Shown: positions 62,389 to 64,000 of the stretch, piece by piece
Layout: each line of letters begins with the position of its first letter
How positions within the stretch are numbered: the stretch's first letter is position 1
DNA from: a virus
Lineage: Duplodnaviria > Caudoviricetes
IMG/VR virus record: IMGVR_UViG_3300029288_001872
Location: 96,001-160,000 of that record
Length of the DNA: 64,000 nucleotides
Direction: 5' to 3' (one strand)
Program-made: the position numbers and the translations under genes
Notes under the pieces: generated by a model
Told to the model about the DNA's origin: nothing
Seen by the model: the letters and a program-made list of their open reading frames with translations, nothing else
Database searches by the model: none

Positions 62389-62900
62389 TGTACAAAATAT
62401 TAAAATACCCATTCCAAATAACTGATAATTTCACCATTGAAATGCCTTATGATTCAAAAATTCTTAATACCTTTTGTCAAAATGATATTCCTTGTATGTG
62501 GGCATTAATAAATCCAGATAGAAAAATACAAAAACGCAAATTTACCATCATAGGCACAGGCCATCCAATAGAAGAAACTTACAATTTAGAACATATATCT
62601 ACTTTTTCACAATTTGACGGTAAATTCATCTGGCACCTTTTCGAGATAAAATAATGCCAGATGATGACAAGAAGTTTGAGGCCATAGCGATTTCCGCGGA
62701 TTTGATAGCTGAACAATTATTAATCGGTTTTGGAACTATGGATGTTGATGCAGCAAGCAGTTTGCAATTAGGTATGGTCAAGGCTTTGGCTGTAATGTGG
62801 GCTGCTTGTTCTAATGGCGATTCTAATGAAATATTTCACAAAATAATGGAAGCGATGCCGCCATTAGCAAATTTAAAACAGGCAGGATGGGTGCAATAAT

Positions 62901-63425
62901 ATGGATTACGAATATTATTTTTCAATATGCGATAAAGTAGCAGAAGTGACTAAGTGTTTGAGTGTTAAAAGAGGTTCCATAATTATCACACCAGATAAAA
63001 CCATTGTCAGCATGGGTTATAATGGCCCACCACGCAATGTAGCTCATTGTAATAGTGAAGAAAGGTTAGATTGGTTATGTAAACAATTAAAAAACACACA
63101 CGTTGGCGATATCAAAGAATATTTATTAGATAATGGTTGGGGTCAAAGTTGTCCACGAAGGATTTTAAAATTTAAATCTGGGGAAGGTTTACAATTTTGT
63201 CCTGCTGGACACTCAGAAGCTAATGCCATTTTTAATGCAGCAAGACATGGAATTAATCTTAAAGGTTGTTATTTAATTCATAATACTTGTCTTCCATGTC
63301 AAGAATGCAGTAAGGCGATAATTAATTCTGGTATTGTAAAAGTTATCACTAGAAACCTACCAGATTATGATACAGGAAGTAGATGGCTTCTTGAGAAAGC
63401 TAATGTTGAAATTGTTCAAGTATAA
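62901..63425 (+). CDS. dCMP deaminase
   Basis: GYNGPP, HSEANAI, PCQEC. Confidence 0.92.
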   Translation: MDYEYYFSICDKVAEVTKCLSVKRGSIIITPDKTIVSMGYNGPPRNVAHCNSEERLDWLCKQLKNTHVGDIKEYLLDNGWGQSCPRRILKFKSGEGLQFCPAGHSEANAIFNAARHGINLKGCYLIHNTCLPCQECSKAIINSGIVKVITRNLPDYDTGSRWLLEKANVEIVQV

Positions 63426-63807
63426 AAACAAATAATTCAAATTAAAAGAGAGGAATAAACAAAATGAATTTCACACCTGAAGAAATTAAAGAATTGCAAG
63501 AAATGGTTGGTGTTTATCTTGAGATGGCTGAAGTTGTCAAACCAGTAGCAGAAGATATTGTTAAAAGCATTTTGCAATATGGTCCTGTTCTAAGAAAATT
63601 ATTTGATGCCATCATAGATTACCAAAATGAAAGAACTATTGCAACTATCAAACAATTTAAAAAAGCTGGTCTTGAACTTAACAACGATCAGGTTCTTGCT
63701 TTGGTTCTTGGGAATAAAATGAGTTTTACAGATGTGTTGAAAAATATTAGTATAAATAAATAACAAGGAGGGAAGCCAAAATCTTACTATGAAAGTTAAG
63801 TTTGATA

Positions 63808-64000
63808 GTCAACCACCCTATAACTATTAAAATGTTATGAACTTTAAGTTCGAGGTTGACCAGACTCAGCTAGAGTCACAAGACTATCGGGCTACGTTAA
63901 TTGAATCATGACACCTTGGGATGCGCGCCAGTCCCATGCTCTGTCAACTAACATTAAACAGACATACGGGGTTGAAGTCAGTGTGTTGGTTGTAAAAAGT
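63808..64000 (+). ncRNA. HEARO/IscB omega-RNA-like element, 5' part (truncated by window end)
   Basis: GTCAACC (63808) pairs with GGTTGAC (63854), followed by CAGACT, CTACGTT, GACACC..GGATGC..CCAGTCC..CTCTG, ATTAAACA, CAGTGT. Confidence 0.75.

Overview
An AT-rich, gene-dense segment of a large dsDNA phage, coded almost entirely on the + strand. It covers the early and replication region and has no recognisable virion genes. A PxxKW-type protein weakly suggests a Desulfobacterota-like host. Replication genes include primase, DnaB-like and SF2 helicases, a probable initiator with internal iterons, clamp, clamp loader, SSB, RecA and a DnaE split by an intein around a GIY-YIG endonuclease and fused to a UDG domain. 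The window also holds four DNA methyltransferases, three tRNAs, a CCA-type enzyme, an RlmN-like radical SAM protein, TnpB and the 5' end of an IscB/HEARO-type RNA. Two systems stand out. (1) A lone Cas7/RAMP-fold gene (58992-59651) is followed by two non-CRISPR arrays of 5-nt units (a G-starting triplet plus a variable dinucleotide), and two more GGT-NN arrays lie elsewhere. Reading only the dinucleotides as codon positions 1-2 spells diverged copies of the neighbouring essential genes (primase, sliding clamp, conserved RecA motifs). This points to a gapped, wobble-skipping RNA guide code aimed at related competitor phages. (2) A phage-borne ubiquitin-like conjugation cluster has E1, a JAB peptidase, three Ubl domains and six E2-like paralogues. 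All calls come from manual motif reading; no searches were run.
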